Origin: Hormiphora californensis
Lineage: Eukaryota > Animalia > Ctenophora
Assembly: GCA_020137815.1 (NCBI GenBank)
Contig: CM035355.1
Span: 6,324,001-6,388,000, forward strand
DNA length: 64,000 bases
Direction: 5' to 3'
Shown here: one piece after another, positions 40,001 to 52,455 of the stretch
Position numbering within the stretch: the first letter of the stretch is position 1
Layout of the letters: every line of letters starts with the position of its first letter
The notes under the pieces: model-generated
What the model was told of the DNA's origin: nothing
The model's input: only the letters and a program-made list of their open reading frames with translations
Databases searched by the model: none
Made by a program: the position numbers and the translations under genes

Positions 40001-43000
40001 GGTCCAATCAGCACGAGCTTCCGATCTCAAACTTTGTGGCAGGTACATTCTAAACTCTCTCTTCACTTGTTTTATGTGTTACCATGGTAACCGCCTAGTT
40101 ACCGCCTAGTTACGATGGTAACAGTTGCTAATGTGTATGTTCTGCAGGTGTTACCTTGGTCTTGGTAAACTCTCGACCCGAGTTCCAGATCTCTTTTCCA
40201 GTGATGTATTCCTATTATCTCTTCTTTTCTCCATGTTAGAACAGGTAACTAGGGTTAACTATGGGGTAACTAAGTGTAACTATGGGTAACTAGGGGTGAC
40301 TAATGGTAACTAGGTGTAACTAAGTGTAACTAGGGGTAACTATGTGCAGTAGGTCCTCACTAATATAATATGACTACGACTCTACTCATATCATTGCCCC
40401 TCAGAAGCGGCCCGAGGTATAATAAAACCTGGAATTGGTATTCGAAATCATAGACTTTTGATATTCTTTATAGCATTTTGGGGTGTGAGGAGGCATGTTT
40501 TAATCAATTTTCAATAGCTACTTTTCATTAATCATCAAACGGTCAATTTAGCACCACTTTCATCCTTTCCCGTCCCTAACTCGTCCTACTAAGTAAACCC
40601 CCACTCTACCAACATGTCTCTCCGACTTGCCTCGTTCAACCCTCTCTATCTCCACACATAACAGAGGGTTTAAACACCCACACTCCACCAGGAGGACAAG
40701 GAGATGGTATCAGATCTCAGGGAGGGGCTATTCCTAATGGTAGACGCCTACAAGGGAGTAGTTGGAGGAAGCGAAGAGGGAGTTCTACAGGAGTTACTGC
40801 TGAAATACATCGATAAAACTGAGAGTGTGTCCTGTTCTGTTGCACTCAGGTTTGTCTTCTGTAATGTGGGTGACCCCCATTGTCTTGACACTCTCTCACC
40901 GCACACCTCGCGATGTCATTCAAGAGAGGGTCATTGTAATAAAATTTTAAGTAGTACCTACTTGATGGAACTTTTGTAAGAGAACTGTCAGGATTTGCCA
41001 ACTGGTATTCTAATTCGAATTTATATTCGTCCTAACTTCTAATACATCTCCTCCAGGTTTTCCAACATGCTTCACCCCCTATCCCATATGCCCTCCCGGT
41101 ATCTCTGTCTACTCTCCCTATGTTCCAGCAGCCCCCTTGTCACTGAGGAAGCCCGCAGGGGACTCCGACCTTCCGAGAACCAAACACTGCCTGGTACGTT
41201 CTGGATAAGTTCATTTTCAGGCATTCTGTTAGGAAATTTGAATACTTTCGAATTAATTCGGTGTTTCTGGGACTGGAATATGACAACTACTACGTTGTGT
41301 TGATTGGTAAATTGTATTTCAGAGTTCTCGGCAGTGGTCAGATTCATCTCTAAGAGCTCCAAAGAGCGTCTTGGAACACCATCCCTTTGTTACAACGTTG
41401 GTACTCGTCGTCTTCCCTTTCATCCCCTGGTCTACATCGGCATTCTGGACTTTCTGGGAACTTGTTTGAAACTTCCGGAGGAGTTGCCACAACAGGATCG
41501 GTTAGCCGCCCTCCGGACCCTTCTGTCCAATAATAAGGGGATAGTAGAGGGGTATAGAGAGTTGTTGATGGTCGCCTTGGATACGGGGTATCCGGGGGTT
41601 GTACAGAGTGCTGCAATGGAACAATTGTCAGCAATGTATGCTGCTGCGTTACATAGCAACAATCAGGACTCCTCCTTGGAGACACTTAGCAACCAAGATT
41701 CATCCCTTGGAGACACCTAGCAACCAAGATTCATCCTATGGATGTGGATAGCAACCAGGATGCAACCACCACAAAAATGGATTTAGAACTACCTTGGGCA
41801 GTGGTAAGTACTTTTTGTTACTAATCCCGGGTTCTCTACTAATCTCAATCCCCTAGTATTCTACTAACCAGTACCTGAGATATTATATCTCAATCCCCCT
41901 ACTAACTAACAAAGATATCCCTTCGCAGGCCAGGTTGACAAGTCCCGTAGTAAAGCTCAGAGAGTGCACTGCCTCCCTTATTGGGGTCTACACCCACTCC
42001 TGCAAGGGGGACAAGGATTATATTGCATCTTGGATGGGGAAACTTGCCAAGCTACTTGACAGCAAGGTATGTGTTACTATGGAGACAGAGTTTGTTTGTA
42101 TGTTGCTATGGAGACAGAGTTTATTGGTTTTGTAGGTTGATATAGCGGAGGGTTGGTAGGTTTTATAGGTCATTCGGTTTTAGAAGGATATGTTTTTGTG
42201 AGGTCTTGTGGGCCGGTCTTGTCAATTGTTTAAGTTATCTCGCACTTATATATTATTTCCACACATTCTGAATTCAATACTCCAACTTTTCCCACTCTAT
42301 AGAGTTTTGAGGAACAATCCGGTGCGATCCTGGCAGCAGGGTATCTGATACCAGTGTCACGTGACACCACCTCGACACGGGATCTCCTAACTAGTGCTGT
42401 GGGTCAGTACCTGGAGACAGATCACCAACAGGACGTGTTGGCATGTATTGAGTGGGCCGCCAGTAGGTGTGATCTAGGAGAGGTGGCTGGGGAGGAGTTC
42501 TTGAAGCAGCTACACGGCAATCTCATACGGTATTTAGTTGGTTGTTCATTAGTTCTGTAGGGGTCACTAAGGAAACAAAACGAGGCAGGTGAGTAGAACT
42601 TCGCTCCTAATAAAAGGCTGCAATAAAAGGCTGCAGAAAAAGGCTGCAATAAAAGGCTGCAATAAAAGGCTGCAATAAAAGGCTGCAATAAAAGGCTGCA
42701 ATAAAAGGCTGCAATAAAAGGCTGCAGAAAAAGGCTGCAATAAAAGGCTGCAATAAAAGGCTGCAAGGGATCACGTATCTAACCAGACTAAAGCGGGGAA
42801 TAGACCGAATCGTCCTACCCTAATAGTGTTTCGTATCACGTATCGGCTGTAGAGAGACCGAATCACCCTCCCCTAATTATAGTGATTCGTGTCACGTATC
42901 CAACTAGACCATATGCGATAGAGACCGAGATAGAGAGCGAGTACGAGTGAGAACTGAGAGAGTGAAAAATCAGAATCACGGTATGGTATCACGTACCATG

Positions 43001-46000
43001 GTATCCTCTAATGAAAAGCGGTTACCAATTGACAATGAGACCTCATCGGTCCCGATACGTGATTCTCTACCGCTATGTATTCTCCATTAGTCTTTCCGTA
43101 TCGATCAACGATTCAGTAGAGGTAGTCAGTAACTACTGAGAGTGTTGGTTAATTAAATGAAAGGCGGTTACCTATAATTTCACCTAATCGGTGCCAAATG
43201 CCAATACGTGATTACTGATTTTCTACCGTTATTCGCCAATAGTTTTTATGTACACAATTCAGTAGAGCGGAATCACACATAATACTATGATAGGTGAACC
43301 AAGTGGTTGGGTGGTTCACCTGTCATTGTGCTACACGCTCAATCAATGGATCTATCGTACCGGTAGGTACTAGGTAGCTACCTCATTAGACCAACACTCT
43401 CAGTAGTTACTGACTACCTCTACTGAATCGTGGATCGATACGGAAAGACTAATGGAGAATACATAGCGGTAGAGAATCACGTATCGGGACCGATGAGGTC
43501 TCATTGTCAATTGGTAACCGCTTTTCATTAGAGGATACCATGGTACGTGATACCATACCGTGATTCTGATTTTTCACTCTCTCAGTTCTCACTCGTACTC
43601 GCTCTCTATCTCGGTCTCTATCGCATATGGTCTAGTTGGATACGTGACACGAATCACTATAATTAGGGGATGGTGATTCGGTCTCTCTACAGCCGATACG
43701 TGATACGAAACACTATTATGGTAGGATGATTCGGTCTATCCCCCGCTTTAGTCTGGTTGGATACGTGATCCCTTGCAGCCTTTTATTGCAGCCTTTTATT
43801 GCAGCCTTTTATTGCAGCCTTTTATTGCAGCCTTTTATTGCAGCCTTTTTCTGCAGCCTTTTATTGCAGCCTTTTATTAGGAGCGAAGTTCTACTCACCT
43901 GCCAAAACGATTGACCAAAATTTCCTAATTGTTTCGTTTCCTAATCGTTTCCCAATCTTTAAATTTGTATACCTTATCATGTCTGTATTTCCAGGTTGAT
44001 TGGTAAGACTAAGGAAGAGAGACAGTTGATTCCCCTAGTTCGAGCCTTGTGTTATCTGCACGTTCACAATAGTAAACTCGATATTGGGGAAACATTGACG
44101 GTCATATTCCGGACAAGCAAGCTAAATCTTATCAAACTTAATTTTGTGATTGGTAAGCTACAGTTTCACGATCGATTATTTGCTTTAACCATTGTCCATC
44201 TTACCCTTTCACTCCCTCTCTCTCATATCTGCTCGTCTCACTCACTCCCTCTATCCTGACATTTCTCTCCCATTTCACCCTTCTCTCCCCCAGGTCGAGT
44301 TCTTGCAATCCTCTCCTCCGGCAGAGGCTGCCCTGATGCTCTACCTGACATCTTGTCACTGACCAAGGAGTCCAGTAGCCCAGCCGAACCCTTCTGTACC
44401 GGGTATGTGTTCGATTGATAGAACCGCAATAATCCTAGGACCTCTATAGAGGTTTGGGATCTTTCTCTTTTACTATCTTTCTATCATTTTTACTGATAAC
44501 ATCTCTCTTGTGAAGCCTGAAACTGGCATCAGTGCACCCATTTGGTCAGGTTTCTGTACCTCTACACCCTGTTTTAGTATCAGCCTGTTTGATACTATCT
44601 CGGATTGTCTAGGTTTAATACATCCTCTCACACACAGGTTGATACTATCTCGGATTGTCCGGGAGTACGTGTTATCAGATGTGAGGGAGTGTGAGGTTCA
44701 AGGTGCATCCATCTGGCTGCTGTCCACTTTGAAACACTCAACTGACACCAAAACAGTAGGCGAGTATAGGTTGGATTTGCAACAAGCTCTTACCATGCTA
44801 CTCTCTTCTAAAGACCAGATAACTCAGGTAATGGTTTGTTACCTTGGTTACAATATGAAATAATGGTAACGATGGTAACCATAGTTCTGTTTATTTTCCT
44901 GCCCATTGGTTCCATCCGATAAGTTTTTGATATAGAAATAATTCAACCCTCCCATCCATTCTATCAGGAGATAGCATCGGAGGGTTTGGCGCTACTTTAC
45001 AACAGTTCTGATAGCAGTACTAAAGCAGCTCTTCTCTCCATGCTCAATGGATCTCTATCCAATGAGACAGCTAAACACCGGGACGTTACCACAGACACCA
45101 AGATTTTCTCCTCGGAGGAATTCGGGAAACTATCCAGTAAGTTTACTCTCTCTATCTCTTTTCTCACAAGGGGATTCACGTCTTGTGACCAACTCCTGAA
45201 GTAGTACTATACTCCGTCTAGTGTATAAATCTGACACAAAAATTATGGGGGGGGGGGGTGCAGCCCAAAAAAAACCAACCATACCCTGGATTTTCAAAAG
45301 TGTTGATTTTTTTTGGTCGTTTTTGATTTTTTTTGATTTTTTTTGGTCGTTTTTGATTTTTTTTAATTTTTTTTGGTCGTTTTTGATTTTTTTTGATCTT
45401 TTTTGATTTTTTTTGGTCGTTTTTGATTTTTTTTGATCTTTTTTGATTTTTTTTGATCGTTTTTGATTTTTTTTGTTGAATTTTTTTGATCGTTTTTGAT
45501 TTTTTTTGATATTTTTTGAATTTTTTTGATCGTTTTTGATTTTATTTGATCGTTTTTGATTTTTTTAATTTTTTTTGATATTTTTTGAATTTTTTTGATC
45601 GTTTTTGATTTTATTTGATCGTTTTTGATTTTTTTTGAACTTTTTTGTTCAATTAAAAAAAATCAAAAACGATCATAAAAATTCAAAAACGATCAAAAAA
45701 ATTCAAAAAAATTCAAAAAAAATAAAAAACGATCAAAAAAAATCAAAAAAGATCAAAAAAAATCAAAAACGACCAAAAAAATCAAAAACGACCAAAAAAA
45801 ATCAAAAACGACCAAAAAAAATCAAAAACGACCAAAAAAAATCAAAGAAATTTCAACCAAAAAAAAACCAAAAAAAACCAACCATACCCTGGGTTTCGGA
45901 AAAAGTTTGAATTTTTTTGGGGCTGCACCCCCCCCCCCCCCCCCCCCCCAATTATCAATCCAGTATACTTTGTTGCAACTATGCTAATTCTCCACAGAAA

Positions 46001-49000
46001 ACATGGGAGGAGGTAGTCTGACAACCTACAAAGAACTCTGCTCCCTTGCTAGTGATATGAATCAACCTGAAATGATCTACCAGGTACCAACTGCTGTGTG
46101 GGTATCTGATGGGTATGACAAAAGGAATAGGGTGGAGCCTGTGGGCTGGAAGAAAAGTTGTACTTGTAAGGGAGTTGACAGGAATCGCAGGGGGTTGGGA
46201 TCAATCTGGGTAGAGGGTACAGAACACTAGTTTGTCGCGCGAGCACTGGGGAACAGTTTACCTAACCGGCCCTTTCCCTACAGTTTATGCACCTGGCTAA
46301 CAGGAGTGCCATCTGGCAGGATAGGATGGGTGCTGCATTTGGGGTGGCGCATCTTGTAAAGAGTGCTGGAAAGGAATTGGAACCCTTCCTAGCTCGCATC
46401 ATACCTCGAATGTACCGGTATGTGCAATGTTCTTCACTTTCATTTGGTTTCTCTAGAGTCTTATCTTTAGGCATTCAAATTGAACTATCTCCCACCTCAC
46501 ACCTCGATGATTTCCCGAGTCTCGCTGTTAATTCATCGCACAGCTAGCTAATTACCTACATAACTAATTTCCCGAGTTCCAAGACCTTCTAATCCCTGAA
46601 TTCCCAGGTACAAGTTTGACCCGAATGTACACGTGCAACTGTCCATGGAGAGTATCTGGTGCAGTGTCGTCAGTAAACCAACGGAAACTGTTAATCGGTT
46701 AGTAGCGGAGAACGATGTATCATATCAATTGATTGTGTAGTTCTCGAATTGACCATTACGGCCGTTACATAAGATACTAAATTTTGCATGGTTAGGGAGA
46801 TCTCCTATCCTCACATCCCCCCTCCCCAGGTATCTGGTTGAGATAATATCTGATATCAAGGAGAATCTCCACCACAAATACTGGAGGAACAGGGAGTCAG
46901 CATCCAATGCTCTTAGGGAGGTCATTAGAACTCGAGTTAGAGATGATATGATCCTGGGTGAGATACCACTCTATTGGGAAATGACACTGAGACTGCTTGA
47001 TGATGTGAAGGAGAGTGTGAGACAGAGTGCTGCTAAAACTACAGGTAAATATGGGTGGTGTCACTGGTGTTCAACATTCATATTCTGAAGAGGGTCAGGC
47101 TCGAAACATAAAATAGTCATGCCGTGCACGTCCTATCTGTCGGAGCTAGACTCCTTTTAGATTTCTTCAATTTGCTCGAGGTCTCTGGTACCGGACAACA
47201 AACGTCAGAAAGCCCTACTCACTCTTCCCCTCCTTCACACAGAGACCCTCAGCAAAGTCAGTATCTCTGCATGTAAGCCCGATCAGGGTGCCAGGGGAAC
47301 CCGTGCCATCTCGGCCATCCTACCCGTTCTCCTGGAGAAAGGAGTGAATTCTCCCGTTGCTGGGATACAATCCGTTGCCATGGATACGGTAATGAAGATA
47401 TGTGAGAACACTGGAGATCTCCTTGCAGATCATGTTACAGTTCTAATTCCGGCTCTAATTACAGCTTCTGTTAATGTTGAACCAAAGGTCTTGGGACAGG
47501 TAATCAATGAATAACGTGACTTGCAATTGACACAGTGCCAAGATCTAACCACTACTACCTTCCTCAATTCTCATAGTACTTTTGACTTCTTTTTCCAAAT
47601 TCTCATAGTGTCATTCCAAGTCCCATTCTTACTACTATTGTCCCTTCCTATTCAGGCTGCAACAATGTACAGTGGCGTTGAGGACAACAGGGAGAAAATG
47701 GAATCTATACGTACTGAATTCCTGCTATCATCTCCTCTAGCCAGAGTCCTGGAACAATCAGTGAAGTGTGTCAAGACAGAGACTCTGGGGGCTCTGATTC
47801 CCTCCCTGGCATCACTGGTTAAGGGTCTGATAGGTCTACCACCCCGGGTTCTACTTCTTCACACTGTGACACTCCTAACCTCCTACCAACAGAGTTAGTA
47901 TACTCAATGGGGGTTCTGGGGAGAGGGGGGCAACAGAGTGAGTCCAGGGGTTGCTATAGAAACGGCGGTTGCTATAGAAATAGAGTGAGTACTCGGGGTA
48001 AAATCCCTTGCAGGTTTATACTCTCTATGAATATCCTGGTGTTCAGGAATGAAAGCTACATACATCTCTCCTTTAGGAATGAAAGCTACCACTCTCTCCC
48101 TCAGGTGAAATGACGCCCCACGTTGGGAAGATGCTGGGTTCCATATTCCCTCTTCTACTCGACAGAACAGCAGTGATCAGAAGCAAAACCGTCAATGCAG
48201 TGGCAATCCTTGCGAGGTAAGCAGCAGAGAGAAGCAGGAAGGGGACAAAATAGGCTTGAACAAGAGACAGAATCTGAATCGAGATGACATGAAAGGAGAA
48301 AGAAACACCCATCTATCCCTAAATTTCACTACTCCGCCCCCCTCATCTCTAACCTCTCCATCAGATACGCCAAGAGTAGCACGATAGAGAACATCTTGAC
48401 CCGGCTACGTGGCTGGTACATGGACAAGGATGACGTCACGCGTTACGTCACAGCCACCCTTCTCTACAAAATGTGTAACACCTCTCCAGAGCAACTGATA
48501 CCCGTGTATAACCTTGTCGTTCCTCTCGTTCAAATAGGTGAGGATCAGAGTTTCAGAGTCCATACTTCCAAACCCGGCCTTGTGAATGTGGTATGGAATC
48601 AGGAATTCCAGGGTCCTTGATCAGAGTGATTATTGACTATTGAGCTAGAATTGAATGAAAAATTATATGGATATTATCTTGACACATAACAAATGTCCTC
48701 CTCAGGCCGGCACAGTGCGGTATCAGATGAGAAATCTCAGTGGGAAATGGTTTGGCTCGAACTGGGAGTGAGTGACCAAGCATGCCTCCTCCAATACCAT
48801 CTCGAAATATCGACTCTCTCCATCTCCCTACTAACCTCATCATCATGGCCTCAACGGGCCCAAGGTGCGGCCTGCCTGGGAACCTTAGCACGGACCCTAA
48901 CCACCTCCTACCCTGTGGAAACCCTAACCTCCAACACTGGTGCACTAATTGAAGCTGCTGCAGGGAGAGTATACCCTGGGAAGGGGACGGTACTGGGAGC

Positions 49001-49718
49001 TCTGGCTGATACTACCTGCCACAATTCATCACAAGTGGATAGTGTGGTTGAGGTGTTGTTGAGAGAGGCGCGGAAGAAGGATAAGGAGTACGTTGCTGAG
49101 GTTATGAAGTCGTTTGGGAGGTTATTGAAGAGTGGATCTGCTGGGGACCAGTGGACCGTTGTTTGGGATCTTACTCTCCCTCATCTGACACCAAAACAGC
49201 CTGAAGACGATGAGGAGAAGGATGAGGAGGAGATGAAGGAAGAGCCAGGACCTGTTATAATACAAACGGAGCTGCATGAGGCATCCATCCGGTTACTAGA
49301 AGCAGCTTGGCCTGGGTGTGACACTAAAGAGGACCACTTCGTTGAATCGTCCACTCTCCTTTCTAACCTGTTTAGAACATGTACCTGGCAGAAACAGCCT
49401 GTGTTGTTGTCTGCCCTCGGTGTCCTGATTAAAGAGTCCAAAGAGTTGGAAAGTGGTAAACTGTCCTCCGGTATGGAGGTGTGTTTAACACAGATCATGA
49501 GAGGTGTAGATGATGTTAAACATCAACATGTTAGGCTGTCTGCCATTAAACTGACGATGTCTGTGTTAGAGCTGACCGGAAAGAGAGGTTTCACCCTTAG
49601 TTCCGGTACCCTAGAGACTGTTCTCACCCATTTCAGAGACCAAGTTAGTAGTGAGGGAAATCAGAACTTGAAATCTCTGGGAATTGAAGTTGTGACGCTT
49701 ATTGAACAGATTTTGTAG
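37042..49718 (+). CDS. ECPAS: Proteasome adapter and scaffold protein ECM29 (HEAT repeats), more than 25 exons
   Basis: ELEGVFLKI..DEKLEGILKRFLVPVLL|VNELLVHINKRL..VQLPL; GGGSLTTYKELCSLASDMNQPEMIYQ|FMHLANRSAIWQDRMGAAFG; IIPRMYR|YKFDP; YWRNRESASNAL; LLDDVKESVRQSA. Confidence 0.93.
39399..39454. other. Two abutting perfect DNA hairpins in an intronic repeat fragment
   Basis: atgcctttttgc-aaa-gcaaaaaggcat, then ccgggtgaatgcc-ttc-ggcattcacccgg. Confidence 0.7.
42584..43903. mobile_element. Foldback-type non-autonomous DNA transposon (~560-bp inverted arms, 13-bp internal tandem repeats, 7-bp TSD) in an ECM29 intron
   Basis: Termini GGCAGGTGAGTAGAACTTCGCTCCT / AGGAGCGAAGTTCTACTCACCTGCC. Arms 42584-~43149 and 43390-43903 are near-identical inverted copies with (aataaaaggctgc)n. 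AAAACGA is duplicated at 42577-42583 and 43904-43910. Confidence 0.9.
45247..45949. mobile_element. Foldback/MITE element with poly-G/poly-C termini, complementary T-rich and A-rich repeat halves, and a 6-bp TSD
   Basis: Gn-TGCAGCCC ... GGGCTGCA-Cn. AATTAT flanks both ends (45241-45246, 45950-45955). Internal (gatcgtttttgattttttt)n versus (aaaaaaatcaaaaacgatc)n. Confidence 0.85.
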
Positions 49719-50110
49719 GAATTTTGTGGTCTTTGTAAGTTGTCTGTGTATGTAATATAGAAGTTTGATATTTGCTTGAAACCGGAAAATTTCAATTTGT
49801 TTTCCGGGAAAACGCGTTCAACTCCTTTGGCCCAAAGTTTGGGTATAATACTGCCCCATCTTTCAATCAGTAACTTAGTTACTAGGGAGAGAAAGTCAAG
49901 TGTTTCTGTTATGTATAGCCAAAAAAATCGCACATTCCCTGACCGTACCAGTGGTCTTTTTTATCAGTCCCCTGTCGTCAAATATTGGATAGCAAGTGCG
50001 CGCGTTTTATTTGCGCGTTTCACAGCGCGCGCCTTTTTCAGGTTGTTTATAGATATATAATAAAAAAATTCAAGTTTCAAAAATCCTGAAATTTTAAAAG
50101 TTTCAAAAAA

Positions 50111-50335
50111 TAGGGATCCCTAATAAAGTTGTGACTTGTCACCAAACATGTGGTTCCCGTGGCGGCGCGGCTTCAAAATGCGCGATTGTAACTTGTCACC
50201 GCATGGTTTACGCCGCGCCGCAGCTACGCGCAGTGGGAACCACGTGCGTTTTGGTACGCGCACACGCGGTGACAAGTCACAACCGCGCCTCCGCAAGACT
50301 ACAGTGACAAGTCACAACTTTATTAGGGATCCCTA
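50111..50335. mobile_element. MITE with ~32-bp perfect TIRs (possible TA TSD)
   Basis: TAGGGATCCCTAATAAAGTTGTGACTTGTCAC ... GTGACAAGTCACAACTTTATTAGGGATCCCTA. Confidence 0.85.
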
Positions 50336-50486
50336 TGAGGCCCCTCGGAAATGTTCAAGTCATGCACAATCAAGTCACGCCCACCAATCACAGCTCAGAA
50401 CGCGCGAAGCACTCCGCGCGTTCTGAGCTGTGATTGGTGGGCATGACTTGATTGTGCATGACTTGAACATTTCCGAGGGGCCTCAT
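50335..50486. mobile_element. Near-perfect 152-bp palindromic element abutting the previous MITE
   Basis: atgaggcccctcggaaatgttcaagtcatgcacaatcaagtca..cagaacgcgcg / cgcgcgttctg..tgacttgattgtgcatgacttgaacatttccgaggggcctcat. Confidence 0.8.
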
Positions 50487-50579
50487 TTCCATCCGTTGTT
50501 TTAGGTTTTTAGTGTCTGCTAGATGTTCCACTCATTTTGAAGGGCTATTATCAACCCAAAATCAATCCTCTAGTCCAAA

Positions 50580-51224
50580 ATGTTACCACCCAACTGCCTA
50601 TTCATCTCACGTCACCAGGAAAAGCTCGCGTTCCCGAACACCCTTCCCGTTCTCGACCGACTGTGCGGTGGTTTGCGCCCCGGGAAAATCATTGAGTTGT
50701 GTGGACCCAGCAACAGTGGCAAAACACGGATATGTATGCAACTGGCAGTGGATTGTGTGACTAGTGGTCGTACGTGTGTCGTTGTGTCAACACGACGTCT
50801 TCCTGCTTACACCTGCAACAACAACATCCCCTCTCTCCATCCTTCCACATTTTATGAACTTTTGTCGACCCTCAACTGGCTACTTGGACAAAACAACAGC
50901 CTGATAGTGATTGATGGTTTACAGTCTCTCGCCCAGTCTATTATGGGGGCACAGAACTACAAAGGCCAGGCTCTGTTGACAGAGTTGAAATCAGTGCTGG
51001 TAGAACTATCCCGGACTTCGTTAGTTGTATACACAAATGGTATAGTTAGTGATGGTCAGGGTGATCATATTCCCGCCCTGGGAAGAACCTGGAGTACTCT
51101 TCCATTTGCTCGTGTTATGTTACTGATGAATGAAAATGGACAACGAGTGTTATGGAGGAATTTCAGTGAGAAATTCTCTGTTGATCTCCAAAATGATGGA
51201 ACCTTTTTAATGCAACCTTTATAG
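50580..51224 (+). CDS. RAD51D: RAD51 paralogue, RAD51D-like (ATPase core only), intronless
   Basis: LDRLCGGLRPGKIIELCGPSNSGKT (Walker A), LIVID (Walker B), VVYTN and PALGRTWSTLP..RVML. Confidence 0.78.
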   Translation: MLPPNCLFISRHQEKLAFPNTLPVLDRLCGGLRPGKIIELCGPSNSGKTRICMQLAVDCVTSGRTCVVVSTRRLPAYTCNNNIPSLHPSTFYELLSTLNWLLGQNNSLIVIDGLQSLAQSIMGAQNYKGQALLTELKSVLVELSRTSLVVYTNGIVSDGQGDHIPALGRTWSTLPFARVMLLMNENGQRVLWRNFSEKFSVDLQNDGTFLMQPL

Positions 51225-51291
51225 CTATCTATATTTGTAGTCACTTTGTCTGTTCATACTCAGCTAACACACTTGTTTCCACTGTAGATAT

Positions 51292-52455
51292 ATGATGAGC
51301 AGCGGTGTTGTCCCCCTGACATGTGCGGTCCAGAAATATCCCTGGGGTAAACCTGGATCGACCAGTTTGGTTGCTAAGTGCACTGGTAACCAGGGAGATG
51401 TGGAGACCCCCTACGCGGAGCTATGGATGGGAACCCACCCTAAAGCCCCATCAACATTATCTCAATCCGGGGAGAAGTTGAGTGAGTGGATTGGGGGTGA
51501 TAGTGATACGAGGCTGGGTGATGTAGCACGGGACCTCAGTGGAAATAAGGATACACTGCCGTTTTTGCTGAAGATTCTCTCCGTCAACAAAGCTCTTTCA
51601 ATTCAGGCCCACCCTACGAAGGAACACGCTGCTAAACTCCATACTGCAGACCCCAAGAACTACCCTGACCCGAACCACAAGCCCGAAATGGCCATTGCAT
51701 TGACGGTCTTTGAGGGTATGTGCGGTTTTCGACCAGTCGCTGATATTATAACAGACCTAGCCCGGTTAAATTCACTTCACCCTCTTCTGTCTCAAGACAC
51801 CGTTGCAGTTGTAACTGGAGCAAATGAACCTTGTCCAAACTTCCTGAAATCCCTTTTTGGGGAGGTCATCTGTCTAAAGGGGGCTGTGGAAGCCATCCAC
51901 TCCCAAATCTCCAACTCCCCTGCTACCCCAACTGACGAACTGTTTCTCAGAATCCACAGCCAGCACCCATTCGACGAGGGACTCATCTGTATTTACCTAC
52001 TGAACCACGTGACTCTCCAGCCAGGCGAGGCCATGTTCCTGGGACCTAACAAGATTCACGCCTACTTCTCAGGGGACTGTGTGGAGTGTATGGCGTGCAG
52101 TGATAATGTAGTCAGGGCTGGACTAACGGGCAAGTTTAAGGATGTCACGACTCTTGTGGATATGTTGGATTATACACCCACAACTGCTGCAGAACAGATT
52201 ATGAGTGTTGGGGAGGGTGAGGGTGGGGTGCGGAGGTACCAGCCCCCAGTTCGAGATTTCGCTGTTGACCGGCTGATTGGGGAGGGCTGTTTTGAAGGGA
52301 GATCTAGTCCAATGATTGTACTGTGTACAGCTGGAAGTGGGGTGATAAATGGGGTAGAGGTGAAGCAGGGTAGTGTAGTTTATATTGTACCTTCTACCAG
52401 GGTGGAAGTTACTGGAGATGCAACCCTTTTTGCAGCCTATTGTCAGGACGCGTGA
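51292..52455 (+). CDS. MPI: Mannose-6-phosphate isomerase, type I, intronless
   Basis: VQKYPWGK, PYAELWMGTHP, LPFLLKILSVNKALSIQAHP, YPDPNHKPEMAIAL, GFRP and HAYFSGDCVECMACSDNVVRAGLT. Confidence 0.97.
   Translation: MMSSGVVPLTCAVQKYPWGKPGSTSLVAKCTGNQGDVETPYAELWMGTHPKAPSTLSQSGEKLSEWIGGDSDTRLGDVARDLSGNKDTLPFLLKILSVNKALSIQAHPTKEHAAKLHTADPKNYPDPNHKPEMAIALTVFEGMCGFRPVADIITDLARLNSLHPLLSQDTVAVVTGANEPCPNFLKSLFGEVICLKGAVEAIHSQISNSPATPTDELFLRIHSQHPFDEGLICIYLLNHVTLQPGEAMFLGPNKIHAYFSGDCVECMACSDNVVRAGLTGKFKDVTTLVDMLDYTPTTAAEQIMSVGEGEGGVRRYQPPVRDFAVDRLIGEGCFEGRSSPMIVLCTAGSGVINGVEVKQGSVVYIVPSTRVEVTGDATLFAAYCQDA

Noticed and set aside
42422-46024. ORFs with LLQPFIAAFYCS or KKIKNDQ repeats
   Set aside because: Translations of internal repeats of the two foldback elements.
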